Source: Balanoglossus misakiensis
Taxonomy: Eukaryota > Animalia > Hemichordata
Assembly: GCA_040954595.2 (NCBI GenBank)
Contig: CM082589.2
Location: 5,160,213 to 5,224,212 of the forward strand
Length of the DNA: 64,000 nt
Direction of reading: 5' to 3'
How positions within the stretch are numbered: position 1 is the stretch's first letter; each line of letters begins with the position of its first letter. Under the pieces are notes generated by a model that was not told the DNA's origin, did not search any database, and worked only from the letters and a program-made list of their open reading frames with translations. Positions 57,027 through 64,000 of this stretch are shown here, in pieces. The position numbers and the translations under genes are program-made.

Positions 57027-57766
57027 CTCCGTCAGCGCAAAAAAATCAACCAGTTGACGAGAGACTGTTCTGTTGTCCACATCACTCGTCGCGTGAAAAC
57101 AATGCCCCCCGGAACCACAAAATGTCTGCTTAGATACAATTGTTGGGCGTACACGATACACAACTTGTTGGTCGTCTGACGGTTAGATATCTAATAAACA
57201 TTGATAGTTGAAAATACGAAGGTCGATGGGTGTCGGCCCATCGTTGTGGTCGACGGTACTCGGTATCCAAGTACCCAAGCAGAGGTCCAATTTCGCAACC
57301 GTCAGAAATGATACCCATCTGGGGAGTGCCATTGGGTTCATTAGAGGTTAAGTTCAAGATCGTGCACGTCGGGGCCGGGGCTCTTTGTGTACCGGGTGAT
57401 GATCTCGATTTGGTAAAACATACAAACTGCCTTGTTTAAGAACTGATAGGGCTCTTGACAAGAAATATCACCACCCAAGATAAAATTTGACTAACTGATG
57501 GCGGTGTTGCAAACATCTATGTACACAGAAAGACTCCTTGATAATTTTTGACAAAAAGGGTATACTAGATAACAAAAGTATATAGAATTCTGATAGAATT
57601 CAGTCACGCAAACAAGACCATGCAAGTTGAAGTGATGGTAAATGCTGAGTTCGTGAAAGGCCACGGTGTGATATAAAGTGGGTCGCCGGTATCTTCAAAA
57701 ATGCAATTTATATCATAGCAGCATAGTGGTTGCCAAGCGCGTTATAAATAGGGTGTAGTCGCATGG

Positions 57767-58060
57767 CCACAGGCGCATGTTTTATACGTTAGTTCGTCCT
57801 CTATTATTGTAAAGAGCCATAAACATTGAATCAGTAGTTTAGCCAATCTGATTATTTAATTTCGCGACATATTAGTGCTTATGCGATTAATGATATAGAC
57901 ATTTCTTTATGTGTATGTGATAAAGAAATTTCTTCGGAACATCGCGTAACAGTCATATGTCGCGAAACCTGCAGATTGTCCAAGTTACTGGTTTAATGTT
58001 TTTGTCCGCTTTACAATAATAGAAGAGTAAAATAACTAAAGTGTGAGAATGCACCTGTGG
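57767..58060. mobile_element. ~294-bp imperfect palindrome (foldback / MITE-like element)
   Basis: Nested inverted pairs around a centre near 57915: ccacaggcgcat/atgcacctgtgg, tctattattgtaaag/ctttacaataataga, caatctg/cagattg, tttcgcgacatat/atatgtcgcgaaa, atttctttat/ataaagaaat. No clear target-site duplication. Confidence 0.6.
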
Positions 58061-61000
58061 TAGGGGCTTCCCCGTTTGCAGGGCTCATGGCTGTGATAAT
58101 TCACCCACTCCCCCGCGATTAAAACATATCGATGACATTCCACCCAATGCATGCTTAACGGACACGCGTCCCGGCAACAGGAAAATATTGATCCGATCAA
58201 TGAAATGATAATCTGCCGTGTGTTTCATGGGTCAACCCGTCACCGATCCTTGCTTAAACACTCTACGGCGGACACAGACCGCACCCAATATATATTTCTG
58301 CTGGCCTTGTACTGGTAGTAAGGTAGAGCGTCGCCGCTGTTGGAAGTGTGATTACATCGTTTATGCACTTGGTGTGTACCTGTGCTGGGAATAAATAGAA
58401 TCTCACATTCCTGGGATCATACTTCTAGCACGAGTTTGGGATTTTTTGTCCCAATCGAGCCGCAGGCGAGTGTGGGATACTGCTTATCCAAATGCTTTGA
58501 ACTTTGTTTTTTTTTATTCCATCAAATTTATTCATCTGTTATCAAAATAAATTATATACATTTTATTATGTCCAATGCTTAAGGTGCAATTGCAAGTTTC
58601 TGTAGGAAAATGACCAGAATGAATTCAAATATATAAAACGTGACAGATGTTCCGATCCTAGTCATTCATCCCAGTTGAATAGTAGTGATTCAAGATGTCA
58701 TTTGATATTTTTAATGAAAGTCATTGTTTGTGAAATATGAATATAGACGGTACTCGAGCCTTTATTTTTTGCAAGGATTTGTGTCTTTTTAAGATTTCAG
58801 GCTTTTGGACTGTGTACTGTTTATTACCATGGCCTCAATTCAATGAACAAAAGACTATGCCATTCACAGTTACAACTTGATTTTATCACAGTTGTATTTT
58901 ATCAGCTGCGTCTGGTGTTTTTCTTCTTGCATAGTGATTCATGCTATTTTGAGAAGCATTTTTCAAACACAATATTTTTTCGGCTAACTTCATTTTTCAA
59001 GCGCCTTCTCCAGGTTCCTCCGGAATGTACGCTAACGTCTAAACTATGTCAATTTTTGTGTGGCCCTCCAACAATTCATCATCAGCTGCATCCAACTGGA
59101 CGAATGTGCGTTTGCGATTGCCCTCTGCCTTCAACGCTGTCCGCGGAACGATCGAGAAACCCAATGTCACAATGACCTCTTGAGGTTGTTCATGCTGTCT
59201 GGCCCGTGGGGGCGCTGTTGGGAACCTTGGCCTACTTTGCGCTTCTACACCAGGTCATCATGACATTAAACGGTCACAAACTCGGGATAGGCAGAGGATT
59301 CAATAAAAAATAATCTCTATGGCAGATGACGCAAAAAAGTGAAATTAATTTACATAATTTCTATTTAATATAACGTTGCGTATACATGTACAAATACATG
59401 TACACGTCTACACGTCAGTATGCAGTCTGACAAAAAATGTAAAGGCCAACCTTTCTCCTCCTTCATTTCTCTATTGTCAATTTCCCAGGCTAATATTGTA
59501 CGGTCATATCACGGGAACAATATTGATTCCAATTTTTAAACAACGCCCATCATTTGAATTAACAACATGGCAAAACATGACCCACCGCGACTACTCAATG
59601 GTGCGAACGTGTATAGATATGACATCATCAGGTTACTCCTTTCACATCTGCGACAGCCAAGCTATGTATGTTTATTTCGCTGCGTGGGTGGGGATGTTCA
59701 TTCAGGTAAAATCTAAGCCGTGGGGATCAGCTTAAGGTGGTTGTGTATACACTGTTTGTTGGTGACAAAATACTACACTTCTGTTGGCACTAACTACATT
59801 TGTATGTGTGGTCCCAGTCTTCAAGTCCCTGAATTCCAATTTACAGTCAGAGCCAAGCACAAACCATCGAGAAACATTCATGAACAGCATAAATGGTAAA
59901 TTAACCTTTGTTTCCAAGTTAACAGTACAAAAGTACACAGTAGTTTTCAAACAATGCAACTTTCTATAACACTCCTCCCAGAGAAAAATATTCATGGGTT
60001 TTTTCTGGCTTTTCAATCAGTAGCTATGTATTATGTAAATATAACGGGATTATCCCAAAATAAATATTTCTCAGACTCTTTATGTTCAGTTCGATTACAT
60101 TAATGGTTATATGCAATGTACTTTTCTTTTGTTTTACAGCATTCAAATATTTGTCATATTAATTTGCTTTCAGACAAATCTAATCAGCAACTTTACTGGA
60201 CCGGGATAACAACTAACAAACTAACTTTATTGCTTGACAGTTATCTGCAGTCGCTCTATTCCTTTACACTTTCTGGCATTTTAGAGTTTTGTATTCATTC
60301 CTTTTCTATTTCAATCTGTAGTGGAGGTCTAGGTCTATACAAGGTAAGAATCATGTGTAAGCAATAATTTTAATAGCAAAATCAAATGGAGCACTTCAGC
60401 TGCAGGATCTGTGCAGTTTGTAGGAAAACAGTGCATCATAGAGAAAATGTGGTGAACTGAAAGATGTCGCTTACTGTGCTTTTTGAGGCACAAAGAAACA
60501 ACACGGACACAGCCAAGCCACTTCGCACACTGGGTCATGATCCCTGGGTCATGATCTGTCTGAGCCTCAACGGACCTATCACCTGAGGATTATATAATGC
60601 ATGCATGTTACCGTTCACGATGATTGTTATGTAAATAAGACCAAGTCATGCGCAAATAGGGTTCCATCGGTCTAACCTGGAAGAAAATCCCAAATTATGG
60701 ATTTGTTTCAACGTGGGGAAAATCCTTGCACATTCTTCATAAGCAACAGAGATATAATTCAACGCATCGGTCGCTCATATTCCGAGATATTCAATCATAA
60801 AATTTGTCCCTCAGAAATTAGTCTTCCCACCCCTACGTATAATGATCTATCGTTGGTCTGCGACGTCCCTGACGTCACAGTCTGACGCGTAACGCTTGAT
60901 GAATAGCTGTGCAACAACAGAGGCAAGGTCGCCCTAAACTTGGTAAGCTATGCATTCTTCTCTCATATCTGGTGTCCTAAACTTGACCTTGGTGGCAAAG

Positions 61001-64000
61001 TAGAACTCATTTGCATTCCTGTAACCACTCTTAAGAAGTTTTCGGTCTAGTTTGGCGGCTGTTTTTTCACCTTGACCAATTCCGAGATCCGTGGCGTCCT
61101 TGGAAAATGGTGGAGACCCAGACAGATCGCCAGCCATGTTGATCGTATTATTTCCCCCGTCTGCCCCACCACTAACCGCCAATTTGGAGATCAGCGAACA
61201 TGTTTTAACAAAAAAACCGTTGTCGAACACATGTGGATTTGTTATGGTCTGGCTCGCCAATATAGAAATCGGTAGCGCCAAATTTGATTTTGTTAAAACT
61301 GAACGCTGTGCGCTCTAGCGGTGGGTGTTGTAGACGGACTCGCCGTCGCTCTCTCGTCTCCAAAGTGAGATCGCTCGTTTTAGCTTACAACACGTGTCTG
61401 CAGCTAAACCGCCTACTCGATCTGAATACCTAATTGTGCAGTCCACAATGCTTGGTTGCTGGGACTAGACAAAAACTCTGTACAACAACACAGAGCGGTA
61501 AAAACAGTAACTCTCAGGCTAGACATATATTGGACGCGTTCGATGTGAAATGAACATGGGCGGTGTTCGCAACGCGTTGAAATTGACATTCAGCGTTGGG
61601 ACGCGCGTTCATGTGCTCAGTGTTCCGGAATTTCGGGGAAGTACCAAGATCGGGTTCTACTGATGTGAGACAGGGATGAAATACTGAATTTCGTGGGCGC
61701 AAATTGGATGTTTTGGATATGCAATTGCAAAGATGGCCAGGCACTTTTCGTTTGTGTTGTTTAGTAGACCTGAAGAGGTGTGAATGGCCATTACGTAACA
61801 TCTAAACAAAAGAGAGCAGTTATATTCATGAGCGTCATCAAAGGCGCTGAATACGTTTGCAGGGAGCTGTTAATGTCTGCAGTGAATTTCCCACGCTCAT
61901 GGCAGTCATCTTCATAATGAAACTGGTGCATCATCTGCAGATTTAATCAAACTGATTTTCATCAGAAATAATACGTCTAGAAATAAGCGGATATAACTAT
62001 ATACTACACTGGTTAAGATGTATAGCTGAAGACAGACAATAATCCAGCAATTTCATTTTGTAAATCTGTTCCTTGATCTATAGTCAGCTGTGATGATGAA
62101 TTTTATTAAAGTAACACATAGTATCTAACAACCTGTTACTTTTCTCTGCTGACATGAAGTGCATGATTTTTGTCAGGACACTTGGTGTTGCAATGTGGCA
62201 CCTGCATGTGTGCTTTTTTATTTTAATAATCCCATCGCTTATTTTAGTCCCAGGGATTAAAGTTTTGCATATGTTAAACCTGCTATTAAAATGTTCCGTC
62301 CTCGTTCCCCACCTCCAATTTTCATATTACACTATTTATGTGCGATAATAAAAAAAAACAGTCTGTAAACTCAACATCTTTTTTTTCAGATTCGGAATCA
62401 GAATAGTTTCCATGTGAATCCAGTGTCTGAATCTTGATCAGAGAATAATCTCCATGTGTATTCTGTTTCTGAATATTGAGCAGGTTTCAGCATAGCCTAG
62501 GCAGCTGAGCTGTTAGGTATGGCTGCATGAAGACTATAAAATTTGTTTAATAAAGCAATACCCTCTGTCTCATGTAGGTGTACATTAGATTTGGGTACAG
62601 TTTGTGACATACAGCATGAGCAGAACAGTTAGGCGAATGCTGTATATCAAGTGAATTGTACCCAAATTGAGTGTATACTGGACTGTGGCAGGGGTTAACT
62701 TTAAATTTAAAATAAAATAGATTTTTGTAGCATTATTGACGTTATGGTCTAAATATACATGTATTTTAATGTCTGTATTATTGGTGGACAGTGGCCCATG
62801 TCTGTTTAACTGTACACAGATCTTATGTTCCATATACATATTTCAGTAGTAATGGTTGTTTTCCAGTTTTCTATGCCATATCTTGATTGTGGTGTTGTAT
62901 TCCTTTATAATAAATCACATATTCTGCCAGTGTCATATTGCTGGGCCCATAAACAGCCTAATTTAATGGCCGTTTGAAATTGAAACTAGTTGTTAAAGTT
63001 TGTTAATAATTTTATTATTTTGTTATATTCCTCATATAGTCATAATCTTAATCAAGTTAATGTTATAGTGTGCTTCAGTCTTTCAACTTTAATTACATTT
63101 TATAAAAATTGAATAATTGAAGTGGAAGATTTTTTTCTGTCTAAGCTAAAGTAAAGCACTGTTTTTTATACCAAATGAAATTTGTCTAGTTGGCATGTGG
63201 TGTAGATCAACAAGATAATATTCAACCTTTGTCCAGATTAACATTCTAAAATATCTGTTCCAAGAAAAATCACAACTTGGTAACATTTGCCCTCATCATA
63301 TATTAGTATTGTAGTGTAAGTTCTATGGCCATGAAGAGTTATGTCTCGTTTGTGATATATGATGTTTGTACAAAGTCAGACCGACATAACCAGACACTGC
63401 AAGTAGACTCTATTGTCCAAATTCATGACAAACACCAAGATCCAATGGCTTCTGCTGCTTTCTTGTTTGTTTGTGATACATTGGTAAAAATTGGCGCGTG
63501 TCGTTCTGAGCTAACTGAGAATTCTGTATATTTGAACTCCCAAACTGAACTATAACTTCTGTCTGACAAATTTGTTATTGAGGCAGCTGGTTGTGTTGGA
63601 GTGAGTCTACCAGGAATTGATAGTGAAGAAGGAATGTCTGCAGGCAGTGTGCCTTTCAATTCTATTTCTGGGTAACAAATTTTCGCCAACTGTTGGCTTT
63701 ACCCAGAGCAATTAATTTTCCCCGCTGTGGCATGTGTCATGGCCTTTGTGCTTTGTCACGTTTTTGGGGTTGGAAGACCGTGATGGAAGAATTGTTGTTA
63801 TGCCGAATGCTCATGGTTTAGGTCAAGATGGAACATAAATTTTGCTGTTTGCTGGGTATTTTTGTCTTGAGCTTTGATGTGATTGTATCTGATTTGTTGT
63901 TTTAAACTGCATACAGTCACTCACTGCCAATTTGCATAATGTATGTTGACCAGCATTGGATGTTTTTTTTGTTACAGTTGAATTCTGAAGCTGAGTTTGG

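Noticed and set aside
60335-61801. Coding-looking fragments (e.g. 60934-61281, - strand) as a possible transposon relic
   Set aside because: No recognisable catalytic motif or termini; would need a Dfam or BLASTX search.
63423-64000. Interrupted Ser/Thr/Gln-rich frames on the - strand at the window end
   Set aside because: Broken by stops, no identifiable domain, and truncated by the window edge.

Overview
Animal (invertebrate-looking, intron-rich) genomic DNA; the species cannot be determined from the sequence alone. From left to right it holds: a 1.7-kb GT/GGGT microsatellite in an intron, the last 10 exons of a TRPA1 channel gene (+), an intronless divergent class A GPCR (-), and a two-exon TCF23/TCF24-type bHLH gene (-). 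These are followed by a ~34-kb same-strand (-) cluster of five type I membrane protein genes that I reconstructed by hand from splice sites. Four of them (A-D) encode signal peptide + atypical C-type lectin domain(s) + Ser/Thr mucin stalk + TM + Tyr-containing tail; one (E) has no lectin domain and almost no stalk. A CHST8-14/HNK-1-family carbohydrate sulfotransferase (+) lies inside the cluster. Notable points: the CTLDs lack the canonical inner disulfide and carry a new Cys pair; the tails differ in ITIM-like versus SH2-docking motifs but share a [IV]PR[VL] motif; the stalks are built from different repeat types; and two genes appear to have introns made from former mucin-coding sequence. 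All gene models are manual predictions without transcript support.
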